A DNA stretch of 64,000 bases from Octopus sinensis (lineage: Eukaryota): NCBI RefSeq assembly GCF_006345805.1, contig NC_043018.1:11036001-11100000 (forward strand). The letters are read 5' to 3'. Positions 13,234 to 25,583 of this stretch are shown one piece after another (within the stretch, counting starts at the first letter, position 1; every line of letters starts with the position of its first letter). A program made the position numbers and the translations under genes. The notes under the pieces were generated by a model. It ran no database searches and was not told the DNA's origin. It was given only the letters and a program-made list of their open reading frames with translations.

Positions 13234-13760
13234 TATATTTTAGAAGAAATGAGGTACTCAGAAATCTTGATGGTTTTATATTTACAGATATTTATTAGTA
13301 TGTTACATGTTTTTATAAATCATATATCATATATATAAGCGCTTTCGTCCACTCTAGTGGAGTTTTCAAATTGAACTTTTGCAGTCATTTTGTCTCTTTT
13401 TATAGTATTATTGAGTATGTAGGGGTAGAGAGAGATATGAGATAGTACAAGAGGGCGAGGAATGGGGAGGAAGTGGGAGAGAGAGTGTGTGTGTGTGTAT
13501 GTGTGTGTGTGTATGTGTGTGTGTGCATGTGTGTGTTTTTGTATCTGAAAGTTGTGTTAAAGAAAATGAGAAGGAAAGGAAGAAGAAGGAGAGAGAGATG
13601 AAAAAAATTGTTATCTTTGCAGCTGGTCAGACTTTCAATAGTAAATGATTCTTGGCTTTTAGAAATGGCAAACCCAGCTGGTCACTCCAAGGGGGAAAAA
13701 TGTCACTTTTCAAAAGACTGTCTGGATTTCTTTTTATCATTGTCTTGTGATATACATATA

Positions 13761-13869
<109 letters not shown>

Positions 13870-14188
13870 CGACGGGCATCTTTCGGTTCCGTCTAGCAAA
13901 TCCACTCACAAGGCTTTTGTCGACCTGACAAAGTTTCAGTTAAATGAAATTTGTGCCGCAGTGAAATTACTATAGGGCTTCTTGCACGATAATGCATTAA
14001 GAAGAAAACTAGGAGGCAGGTCACATTCTGTGAGATTTGCTAGAAATCGCAATCAAATCTGCCCCTCAAAGTACACTTACCATCTTAGAAGAAGGACGTT
14101 GAATAATATGGCCTGTGGCCTGAGATTGATAGTAGAGGAAATTGGATGGTCATGGCTGGAATGCCTTTAATCTCTCTCTCTCTGTATA

Positions 14189-14272
14189 CAGTGATCCCTT
14201 GACTGTCGCGGGTGTTACATTCCAAAAACCCCTGCAATAGGTGAAAATCCGCGAAGTAGAATCAGTACTGTA
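14189..14272 (+). mobile_element. Tigger/pogo-type MITE left end
   Basis: TA-CAGTGATCCCT...cgcgggtgttacattcc...gtgaaaatccgcgaagtag. Confidence 0.65.
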
Positions 14273-14363
14273 CTGTATATTATTATTATTATTATTATTA
14301 TCATTATTATTATTATTATTATTATTGTTATTATTTTTATTATTATTATTATTGCTATTATTA

Positions 14364-14437
<74 letters not shown>

Positions 14438-14619
14438 TGAATATATTTAATATATATATCATAGCTCTCCGTCTCTATCTCTCCGTTTTTCTCTCTACCT
14501 CTGCGTCTCTCTCTTCTGCCTCTCCACTTTTCTCTCTCTGTGTTTGTTTTTCTTTTCCTTATCTCTCATTCTCTCTCAATCTCCCTGTCTCTTTCTTACT
14601 CTCTCTCCCTCTCTCTCTC

Positions 14620-14652
<33 letters not shown>

Positions 14653-15127
14653 ATCTATCTCTCCGTCTCCCCGAGTCTCTCTCCCTTTTCTCTTTCTCTT
14701 TCTAATGTGGACCCAGCTTCCTGTTCAAATATCTCTGACTGAAAAAAAAAATCGTTAACAAATAAGTGGGAGAGCGTGAGTGAGAGAGGAAGGGAGAGGA
14801 AAAAGAGGACCCCCTCCCCCAAAAATATATATAAAACAACGGACCCTAACAGACAAACAATTAAATTAAATACACGAATAACTAAATGCAAGAAAAAATA
14901 ATCACAAATAAGAAGCAAAATGGCCGCGAAAATGTTTTCCACGCTCATTCTGAAATATTAGAACAATCCAGATAGAATTTGTAATCTCCAGACATCTTTT
15001 AAAGCATTTTACTTTCGCCTCTTCTTCTCATTCTTCCTCTCTTACATTAGTTTCTCGATATCGTTTCCATTGTCATTTCTGTCAACGCGAAAGTTATTGA
15101 TAACTCTTCTTTAAGATTAACTATCTT

Positions 15128-15395
15128 GGGTCATCAATTTTACGATGATGAAAATAGACCAACATTGAAAATATCCTCACAATTGGAAACGTTAATATAA
15201 AAATAATAGAGAAATAACATATCTATGGAAGCACAGTGGAATCAGAAATACAAACAATTATACAATTTTCGAAAACCAGATTTAGTCTTTTATATTGTTT
15301 ATTTTTCGTTTTGTTTCAGGAAGTTCAAAGGGCATTTCGGGGTTATCAATTTTGCGATAATGAAAATAAATCATTATTGAAAATACTATAACATT
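15128..15395 (+). mobile_element. Unclassified interspersed repeat (two partial copies; a third at 22927-23075)
   Basis: gggtcatcaattttacgat-a-tgaaaata...ttgaaaatatc...atggaagc shared among the copies. Confidence 0.55.
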
Positions 15396-15869
15396 TAATG
15401 GGATTTCTTCTTTATTTCCGTTTTGCGCTGCTTTATTTGCATACCAGGAGCTTATCTATTTTATTTTTCTATGAGAAGTGCTTCGTGGCCACCTTACTTA
15501 ACCTTTTATTGTTTATGGATAAAGGGATGCATTGTGAGTAGCGCCCCTTACGACACTTCTCACAGCGCAACATAACTGATTCAGAGAAAGATGGAGAAAA
15601 AGGCACCCCCCACACTCACACGCGCCCCCCACACACGCCCAGAATAATCGAACCTACGACTTGGTTGGTCCTTTATTTGTCAACACCCGGAAGGATGACC
15701 TCGGCGGGATTTGAACACATAGCTCATATGGTCAGCAAAAACGCCGTGCGGCATTCTATCCGGTTCTGTAACAATTCTACCAATTTTTAGCAATTGAAGA
15801 ACTTGCTAAAAGTAAAAATAATATGCACATACACGCACACAAAGTATTTCCCTCATAAATATATTATAT

Positions 15870-15976
15870 ACATACATACATACATACATACATGCATACA
15901 TATATGCATGCATACATACATGCATACATACATATATACATACATACATACATGCATACATACATGCATACACACA

Positions 15977-16010
<34 letters not shown>

Positions 16011-16600
16011 CATACATACATACATACATGCATACATACATACATACATATATACACACATACATACATACATGCATACATACATACATACATATATGCA
16101 TGCATACATACACACATACATACATACATTCACACATACATTACATGCATGCATACATACAAAAATGCATGCATGCATACATACATACATGCGTACATAC
16201 ATACATACATAAATACATACATGCATGCATGCATGCATGCATACATACATACATACAAATATGCATACATGCATACATGCATACGTACATGCATACATAC
16301 ATACATACATACAAACATACATACATACATACATACATGCATACATACATGCATACATACATACATACATACATACATACATAGATACATACATACATAG
16401 ATACATACATAGATACATACATACATACATACATACATACATGCATACATACATACATACATAGATACATACATACATACATACATAGATACATACATAC
16501 ATACATACATACATACATACATACATAGATACATACATACATACATACATACATACATACATACATACATACATACATAGATACATACATACATAATACA

Positions 16601-16631
<31 letters not shown>

Positions 16632-16817
16632 CATACATACATAGATACATACATAGATACCATACATACATACAACAATATACATACATACATACAACAT
16701 ACATACATACATACATAGATACATACATACATACATAGATACATACATACATACATACATAGATACATACATAGATACATACATACATACATAGATACAT
16801 ACATACATACATACATG

Positions 16818-16849
<32 letters not shown>

Positions 16850-16860
16850 CATACATACAT
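15870..16860. repeat. ~1-kb (CATA)n array with CATG/GATA variants
   Basis: Direct reading. Confidence 0.95.
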
Positions 16861-17340
16861 AATGAAATCCGTCGGAAGTATAACCCCGAGAACAGAGATA
16901 TAAGAGCCCACAGTATGGTATAAGCCATAGCCACTCATAATAAAAAGGTGTCCTGGTGGAATGTAAGTGAAGACCTCAATAAAATGTAAGCACAACAGAC
17001 CTGATATAATGAGTTGGGATAGAGAAGAGAAACTGTGCACAGTTGTGGAGATTAGCTGCCCAGCGGATGTTAACATAAAGCTGAAGATCAGTGTAAAAGA
17101 GAGCACTTATGCTCAACTATTGAGAAATCTAGAGCTACTCTACTCTATTCAGATTACAAGTTTAGGTTTATACCTATAATTATTGGGGCCCAGGGATATG
17201 TAACACACTGCCTAAATACCAATCTTGAGAAATTAGGCTTCTCAAAACCAGAAAGAAGAAAGCTAATTCGAAGACTACTGATCGAATCCATCACTGGAAC
17301 TGTAAAAATCTGTAAAACTTTCCAGAAGTTTATCATTTAA
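16861..17340 (+). pseudogene. R4/Dong-like non-LTR retrotransposon, 3' fragment encoding the restriction-like endonuclease
   Basis: HNRPDIMSWDREEKLCTVVEISCPAD (PD-(D/E)xK), then FIPIIIGAQGYV...VKICKTFQKFII*; homologous to 61690-62043. Confidence 0.88.
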
Positions 17341-18179
17341 ATATATATGAGCATGTCTAGTTATGCAACTATATGCATGAGAATACATACATAAAACAAA
17401 ACATACACATCTGCACATATACTTACATACTGAGGTTAATAAATAGCACCTATATTGCCAGAAATATGAGTTAAAACTCTTAAACTACATAAGCGTGCGC
17501 ACACATACTCTCTCTCTCTCTCTCTCCCTCTCTCTCTCTCTCACACACACACATACATACACTAACAGGGAAGATAACCACTCATGAGCAAAGCTGGGAA
17601 ACCACTGGACTAGACTAGTTTCGCCTGTTAATTGCAGACTCGTCAGCAGCGTCTATTCCTATTGTTCGGATGGTTCAGCTAAAATCGCCCGTCAGTATAA
17701 TTATTTAGCTTATAAATTTATGGCTGATTTAGCGAAATGCTAATGTGTATATTAATGTGTAAATTTACACACATACCACACACCATCATGCACACTCCCA
17801 CATCCACACAAGCCCATAATACCCGAAGAAAGACAATACACATGCACACACACACACATACACACACACATAATACCTGAAAAAGACAATATATACACAT
17901 GCACACACACACACACACACACACAACACGTATAAACAAACGAAACACACATACACAAAATAACTTTCGACCACATACATGCACTATACACATGCACACT
18001 TTTTAGTTACATTGACACACATACATACACATGTGTATACACCACGTGTTTAAGTATGCATCAACTGCTACACACAACACACACATACACGCATCTACAC
18101 ACACACACACGTCAAAGTCACTCGCCTCCATTCACACATACACACACTCACACACACCATTCTCACATATACACACACG

Positions 18180-18478
18180 CTTGCGCACCTCCTCTTGTTG
18201 GGATCACCAAGAATTAGTTCCCCTTCATTCAACCTCTCTTTATTATTATCTCCCTTTCATTCAACCTCTTTTTCTTTTCAATCATTCGTCATGTTGAACC
18301 TCTAAACTCAACACGTTTTTTCCATTCTCTGTTTATTTTCTCGTATTCCTTTCTGCTGAAGAGCGTAGGCTCGAAACGTAAAAGACTTTTCCATTTCTCC
18401 CGAGCGTCAAACTAATACACTTGCTTGTTGTTCCTACACCTGTCGTTGACTTTGTTTTTCTATAAATTTGAACTATAT
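18180..18478 (+). mobile_element. Short hammerhead-bearing unit (Penelope pLTR / retrozyme-like)
   Basis: Shares the HHR and the downstream cc(t/c)gagcgt motif with 18950-19130, 30860-31050 and 43985-44165; ends in (TA)n. Confidence 0.65.
18348..18385 (+). ncRNA. Minimal type I hammerhead-like motif, variant core
   Basis: CTGCTGA-A-GAGC(GTAG)GCTC-GAAA-CGTA^AAAGA. Confidence 0.55.
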
Positions 18479-18866
18479 ATATATAATATTACATTATAAA
18501 TACATATTGATATAAATAAGGATAAGACAATTATTTACAACAACGATCATATCAAGTGGCCAGCATGGGAAGAAAAACCCTATAGGTAATAATAATTATT
18601 ATTAAAAATTATAATTGAGGGTATCTAAGAGATACCATCATGCTAGAGATGGAAGTCAAAGCCTGACTTCAGAACTACATCCAGTATTGATGCATCACAA
18701 GGTGAAAAGACAAATAGACAAATAAACTAGCAAATTACTGGATAATTCTAGACCCAGGTTACTGGGCTCTGTATAAAAAATATACTTTGTTTCCTCAGTG
18801 AGACATGCCAAAATATAGTATATTATATATATATATATAACATACGAATACTTACATATACCCACG

Positions 18867-18942
<76 letters not shown>

Positions 18943-18993
18943 ATTGATCGTTAGCTACTACACACATTTTTTTCTCTCCTTGTTTTTTTCTGT

Positions 18994-19035
18994 GTATCTT
19001 TCTGTAGAAGAGCGTAGGCTCGAAACGTAAAATAC
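18994..19035 (+). ncRNA. Minimal type I hammerhead-like motif, variant core, in unit 18950-19130
   Basis: gtatcttt-CTGTAGA-A-GAGC(GTAG)GCTC-GAAA-CGTA^AAATAC. Confidence 0.5.
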
Positions 19036-19883
19036 TTTTTCTACGCCTGAGCGTTATTCTAATACATCTGTTTGTTTTGTACACCACCTGCCTTCGTCTT
19101 TTGCCTATTTTCATAAACTTTCCCTTTATATATATATATATATGTACGCATATACACGACCAGTTCGATTGTTCTTCTAAACACCCCGTGGTATAATGGT
19201 CAAAATATCACCTTGCACTGTATGAACACTTGATAGATACACACACATGAAACGATGTCATAAATATGACCCCTTCGTTTAAAATTACATTCGTATCTGG
19301 GTTGCTTGGCAGCACTGACTCTCAACCCTTTGTACTTTCGACGCACCGTTTTCATCGAATAGTGTTTTGCAAACAACCTGCTTTCAATCAAATATTGCCG
19401 ATATCATGCATTAAATCAATACAAATTGAAAAAAAACAAAAACAAAACAATCATCAATAATTAACGACCTCATGTTTAATTGCAGAAAAATCAGTAACTT
19501 TTTTAATAATTGCTTTTAATTTAAGCACGAGTCGAAGGTGTTTGGTTTATATCATCAGCCCCTTTATTTGATTGGTGCTTTGTTCTATCCATTCGGAAGG
19601 GATAAAAGGAAACGTTGACCGAAGCAGGATTTGAATTCAGAAAATAAGGAACCGGGACAATAGCTCACCATTTTCGGCTTTTGATTATTGGCATAAGGCC
19701 AGTAATTTTTGACGAGAGGGATTCACTCGATTTTCGATTCCAATACATGACTGGGATGTAATTCTATCAACCCTGCAAAGATGAATGGTAAAGGCTGACC
19801 TCGGTGGGATCTGGACTCAAACGTCAAGAGTGGGAAGAAATAAAACCCGGACCAAAAGTCACGCACCAAGACATTTGACATTT

Positions 19884-20080
19884 TTTTACCTCCGCCTTAG
19901 CGAAGGCGGGGGTATTGTTTTCAGTCGTGTTTGTTTGTCCGTGGAGAAGATATCTCAAGATCCGCTGGATGGATTCGGATGAAACTTTCTGGGATGTTTG
20001 GTCTCGTGACTAGCATGAGCTGATTAGATTTTGGGATAGATCTGGTACCAGACAAGGATTCTGGATTATTTTTCTGATTT
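19884..20080. mobile_element. Helentron-type non-autonomous element end (HINE/DINE-like)
   Basis: T-rich flank, tacctccgcc-ttagcgaa-ggcggggg stem-loop, then tgtttgtttgtccg...ggatgaaactt, as in widespread HINEs (from recollection of the family). Confidence 0.55.
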
Positions 20081-20183
20081 TTCTTTTACTTTACATGTAT
20101 ATGTTAAGTTACTTATATCTCTTGTACATACACACATATACTCACATATTTTCAGCGTTGAACATTACCATCTCATTTCCATT

Positions 20184-20228
<45 letters not shown>

Positions 20229-20317
20229 ACATACACACACACACCACACACACGCACACACACACAATCGCAAACATACCGCTCTTTTACACCCACATAC
20301 ACTCACACTTCATCTAT

Positions 20318-20612
20318 AAGGGTTGTTTAAGGATGATGAACGAAACACCCATGTTCCCAGAGATGGCTAATTCTAACCCCAAAGAATCCCTCTCAACACA
20401 CGGCTATGATGCTCCCCCACTACTTCTGATTGTGATCAGAGATGCACATATCGTCAACCACCAAGGGACATGCTCAACTGCTTAAGGTCAGGCAACTGAC
20501 AAGCAAATCTGTGGTATTGAGCAGAATATTTGCTGTAGCCCATCTTTTATACCAAGACAAAACAATGTACATGATGACACTTCCAATCAGTTAAGATCAA
20601 AAGCCTGGGACC
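20318..20612 (-). mobile_element. Partial copy of the 6305-6804 unit
   Basis: Reverse-complement match; abuts a (TTA/TTG)n tract. Confidence 0.8.
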
Positions 20613-20645
<33 letters not shown>

Positions 20646-20696
20646 TATTATTATTATTGTTGTTGTTGTTGTTGTTGTTGTTGTGTTGTTGTTGTT

Positions 20697-20727
<31 letters not shown>

Positions 20728-20949
20728 ATTATTATTATTATTATTCATTTTGTTCATCATACACATGTACGTGCGTGTTCTTCATTATTTTATATATTCT
20801 GTTCAACTTTAGAAATATCCAAGTTTGCCTTTGACAACTCCGGAGTCTGTTGAACTGATTTTGTGCTTAACTTTTGGCCCACCCTGCATTTGTTTCGTTG
20901 CTGTAACTATTCTACCCGGTTGTCGCCCTCAGTAATTTATTTATGATCC

Positions 20950-22095
20950 TTTCTAGAACAGGTACAAAACCTGAAATATTTTTGGGAAGGGGTTGTGACG
21001 ATTACATCGACCCCAGGGCTCAACTGTTGCTTATTTTATCGACCTCAAAAGGATAGAAGATAAAGTCGACCCCGGCGGAATTTGATCCCAGAACGTAAAG
21101 ACAGACGAAATGCTGCTAAAGATTTTATGCGGTGAGTTAAAGATTTTTTCAGTTCGCCGCCCTACTACTACTAATAATAATAGGTCTTTCTACCATTGGC
21201 AAAAGGTCTGAAATTTTGTGGGGAAGGGACTAGTCAATTACATTGGACCCCCAGTGCTTTACGGGTGCTTATTTTGCCGACCCTGAAAGGTCAAAGGCAA
21301 AATCGATCTTGACGTCATTTGAACTCAGAACGTAAAGATGGACGAAATGCCGATAAACATTTTGTCCGGCATTCAAACGGTTCTGCTAGATCGCCGCCTT
21401 TAGTTTATTTATAATGATTTCAAATTTTGGCACAAGACCAGCAGTTTTTGAGGGGAGGGGGAAGTCGATTACATCGATCTCACTATTTGACTGGTTCTTA
21501 TTTTTCGAGCTCTAGGGATAAAAGATAATGTCGACTCGGTGGGATTTGAACTCAGGACGTAAAGCCAGAAGAAACTTACCGTTCAGCATTTTGTCCGGCT
21601 CGCTAACGTTTCTTATTTCTTTGTTGCCCACAAGGGGCTAAACACAGAGTGGACAAACAAGGACAGACAAAGGGATTAAGTCGATTACATCGACCCCAGT
21701 GCGTAACTGGTACTTAATTTATCGACCCCGAAAGGATGAAAGGCAAAGTCGACCTCGGCGGAATTTGAACTCAGAACGTAACAGCAGACGAAATACGCCT
21801 ACTCATATCAGCCGGCGTGCTAACGATTCTGCCAGCTCGCCGCCTTTGATTTAGTTATGATAAAAGTATTTATGATAAAATACACATCACTTAAGAACAT
21901 TTCCTATGTAAAGTTATGATGGCGAGCTGGCAGAATCGCTAGCACGTCGGGGAATATGTTTTCTGCTATTTCGTCCGGCTAATTAGGCTCACAGTTCAAG
22001 TTCCATTGGGGTCAGCTTTGCCTTTGATTCTCTCGGGGTTAGATCAAATATCTGAGTTGATTACATTGACTTACCTTTCCCCTTTAAACTGCTGT
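20950..22095. mobile_element. SINE A cluster: three old minus copies, one young full-length minus copy (21613-21846), one old plus copy (21921-22095)
   Basis: Repeated gacc(c)cgaaaggatgaaaggcaaagtcgacctcggcggaatttgaactcagaacg; A box TGGCAGAATCGTTAG and B box GAGTTCAAATTCC. Confidence 0.88.
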
Positions 22096-22509
22096 TGACA
22101 TTGCACAAACACCAGAAAGAATTATTTGTGCGAGAGTTGAAAATAATTGTTGCAGGAATATAACAAAACATTTTTTTCCTTAATTTTTGATAAAAAAAAG
22201 TTATTCCAAAAAGTTTTATTTCCTGATTTAGATCTAAAAAAGTGAATTGAAGATATTGGGTCTAGGCGCATGCTCAGTGATATCACATTCTACTCACATT
22301 GTAATCCTGCCAAAGAATTTTCTTAAAACTGTATCCAAAACAAAAGCATTGCGTTTCGTTTAAAAATTTGTTTTGAAGAAAAAATCATCACTGTCCCTTT
22401 TTAATATCACGTGATCCCCATTGCGCCTACATAGCATTTTCTTAACGCTCTTCAACCCATTATAAGCTAATTATGCCCCGATAGGACGTTAACACCCATG
22501 TAAAGAATC

Positions 22510-22745
22510 TACGCTTTGTTGGTTATCCTACAGAGCCGGTTTCCTGATTTCTCTGGCGTACAGATCCCATCCCTCTCGATGGGATGCTGGTCTGTTGGGG
22601 ATTCACTCATTTTTTTACCAGTTGAGGGATCTGCAGCAATGTGAAATGAAGTGTTTTGCTCAAGAACACTACGCATTGTTCGACCCAGGAATCGAAACCA
22701 CGGCCTTAAGGTTAGGAGTCCAACACTCCAACCACCAAGCCATGA
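22510..22745 (-). mobile_element. Old tRNA-derived SINE
   Basis: Minus-strand head tggcttggtggttgg...ggtttcgattcctggg, followed by gtgttcttgagcaaaacac. Confidence 0.65.
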
Positions 22746-23229
22746 ACTTCCATGATTTGTATGATTATTAAATCAGATTATAATATTCTTTGTCCCGGAA
22801 GGATGAAAGACAAAGAAGACTTTGACGAAATTTGAACTCAGAACGTAAAAGCTGTAACAGAATACAGCAAGAATGATATCCGACGCTCTAACGATTATTT
22901 TGAGAAAAAACACATTGGACACGATGGGTCATCAATTTTACGATAATCAGAATAAACGAAAGTTGAAAATATCAGACTACAATTACGCAAACGTTGGAAG
23001 TAAGAACGCTCAAATAACATGTATGGAAGCGCTGTAGAGCCAGAAAATACAAGCAATAACACGGTTTTTAAAACTTCACTACATCAAAAAGCCATATGGT
23101 GGTGGATATAACAATATAATTTGTTCCCTTTGACTATGCACGAGGTGGGACTTTGATTTTAGAGAAGTGAATGAACGTGATTACGTGACATTTATGCCTT
23201 TACCAAATACATTAATGACATTAGTTAAA

Positions 23230-23420
23230 CTAAGAGACTCTCTACGTCGTTGATTGACCTGCAGGGGATATAATTCGAACTATTCATAAAACAAACTATC
23301 AACTCTTTCTCATGAATGGAATAAGTGATAAGCGTCCACCAGAAATTTCTCACGGAAAACCTCAACACACATCGCGTTGCTGCGAATTTTCTTACTTGGT
23401 TCATGATATTCGACCAAAAC
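23230..23420 (+). pseudogene. Decayed mariner transposase fragment
   Basis: KFLTENLNTHRVAANFLTW...DQ resembles the mariner ILTEDLxMRRVAAKFVPR..T.DQ segment. Confidence 0.5.
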
Positions 23421-23439
23421 AATATTCCATAACAAATTT

Positions 23440-23603
23440 ATGACCATTATTTACATTATTTACATTTGACGAATATTTGTCCTCATTTTGTTTGTTGTTA
23501 ACACGTTTCGGCTAATATATATATAATATATATCAGGTGCCTTGGGGAAATTTTCGAACCTGGGCTCTCATTCCTAAGGTATTTTTCGATGTTGTTGTTG
23601 TTG

Positions 23604-23645
<42 letters not shown>

Positions 23646-23698
23646 TATTATTATTATCATCATCATCATCTCATCATTATTATTATCATCATCATCAT

Positions 23699-23730
<32 letters not shown>

Positions 23731-23874
23731 TCATCATCATCATCATTATTATTATTATTATTATATTATTATATTATTATTATTATTATTATTATTATTC
23801 ATGTAACTGCCTGGAATCGAACTCGGAATCTTGGGGTTAGTAGCCCGCGCTCTTAACCATTACGCCATATGCCC
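23440..23874 (-). mobile_element. tRNA-headed SINE with a Penelope-type hammerhead tail
   Basis: Head 23874-23800 (A box TGGCGTAATGG, B box GAGTTCGATTCC), (AAT/GAT/AAC)n spacer, then tail with CACCTGAT...AGCCGAAACGT (stem II overrun by TA repeat). Confidence 0.8.
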
Positions 23875-23878
23875 GAGC

Positions 23879-24020
23879 ACCCCAAAACACCTGATGAAGG
23901 CTGGAGGGTATATCAGCCGAAACGTTTTGTTAACAACAAACAAGATGATGACAAATATCCGTCAAATGTAAATAATGTAAATAATGTACATAATTCCTCA
24001 TCCCTTAAATATAGAACTGT
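23879..24020 (+). mobile_element. Inverted copy of the hammerhead tail abutting the SINE 5' end
   Basis: 23888-23990 is the reverse complement of 23440-23539 apart from stem II. Confidence 0.85.
23886..23931 (+). ncRNA. Minimal type I hammerhead ribozyme motif, canonical core
   Basis: AACAC-CTGATGA-A-GGCTG(loop)CAGCC-GAAA-CGTT^TTGTT; one mismatch at the first stem I pair. Confidence 0.72.
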
Positions 24021-24177
24021 AAATTTATGACCCCTTAAAACTCGGAATCGTATATTCTTACCTTCTTTCTTTTGCTTTACTTCATTCTTTTCTCTTTCAT
24101 TCTTTGAGAGTCTTTCTTAGACTCTCTTCTGCTTCTTCCTTCGGCTTATTACTCTACATTGCACATATTTTTAGTGA

Positions 24178-24420
24178 AGGCGCGTGGCATGGTGGTTAGG
24201 GGCATTCGGCTCAAGATCGTAAGGTCGTGATTTCGATTCCAGTCAACGCGCTGTGTTCTTGAGCGAGACACTTTACTTCACATTGCTCCAGTCCACTGGC
24301 AAAAATGAGTTGCACCAGTATTTCAAAGAGCCAGCCTTGTCACACTCTGTGTCATGCTAAGTCTCTCATTAGCAGGTTGTCTCGTTGGTTGGATGAACTA
24401 GAGCCCTCGTCATCATAACA
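24178..24420 (+). mobile_element. SINE family D (tRNA-derived), partial; a further 3' fragment at ~24975-25190
   Basis: ggcgcgtggcatggtggttagg...gatttcgattcc...tttcaaagagccagccttgtcac; homologous to 28078-28391 and 54968-55278. Confidence 0.8.
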
Positions 24421-24495
24421 CATTTTGCTAATTTTTCACTTTATAACTACACTTTTCAGTCCTGTGTATCCGACAACATACATTGTCTACTTGTA

Positions 24496-24870
24496 TAGTC
24501 TTTTCTTTACTGCTGTTTCGGATGAACCATGACTAGTGCCATAACTATACCATGTAATAAAGTCCTATAATTATTTTGATGATAAACAAAAGAGATGGTC
24601 TAATAACAAAAGAGATAATGTAATTAATAGTGTTTTCTTTACATCTGTTTCGGATGGACCATGACTAGTGCCATAACTATAACATGTAATATAATCCTTT
24701 TGACGATAAATGAAAGTGATGATGCAATAACAAAAGTGATGATGTAATAAAAGAGATGATTTAATTAATAGTCTTTTCTTTACATCTGTTTCGGATGAAT
24801 TGTGAATGGTGGCTTAAATATATTATGTAAAAATGTCCCATAATCCTTTTGATGATAAACCGAACCATTC
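24496..24870. repeat. Three diverged ~132-140-bp tandem units
   Basis: atagt(c/g)ttttctttac..ctgtttcggatg recurs at ~24496, ~24628 and ~24768. Confidence 0.85.
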
Positions 24871-25204
24871 TGTAACATCCGGTAAATTAACGTCATCTTC
24901 CTCTATAACACGCAGATTTTCGGGTGCCAAATTATGCAATTGTGGCGGTTTTTTGAGCCACTTTATCTCATATAGCTCCATTCTACTCAGCTGGCAAAAA
25001 TTAACTGTATCTGTAAATCAAAGGGCCAGCCTTGTCACATTCCGTAACACACTGAATCTCCGAGATCTACGGGAAGAGTATGCGTGTTTGTGGAGTGCTC
25101 AACCACTTGCACGTTAATTTCATGTGCAGGCTGTTCCGTTGATCTCAACTAGAACACTCATCGCCGTCCGAACCGACGGAGTACCAGACTTGCTGTGCAT
25201 GTGC

Positions 25205-25253
<49 letters not shown>

Positions 25254-25534
25254 CTAAATCCACATATATGTATACTTTGTCTGCGTATTAAAGTTACCAT
25301 TGGTTTCATGTTAAGAAAGTATCTCAAGAATTTTTCAAGCCGATCACATGGAGGAAGTGTTGTTCGTTTCCATTTCTTAAAAAAATGTTAAGATATTTTC
25401 TATATGAAACCAATGGCAACCTTAATACACTAATGCAGTGTTGAGCACTCATTCTTATTGTTCGACATTTACACACGCACACACATGCATACATACACAT
25501 ATATAAGTATACATATACATATACATATACATAT

Positions 25535-25583
<49 letters not shown>

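Noticed and set aside
15794-17106. Up to 356-aa MYVC/HTYI ORFs
   Set aside because: (CATA)n read-through; only the 3' end overlaps the real R4 fragment.
23800-23874. Possible genuine tRNA gene
   Set aside because: A and B boxes are present but acceptor and T stems pair poorly and the head runs into a microsatellite and tail; it is a SINE head. The same applies to the heads at 28391, 55278 and 55508.
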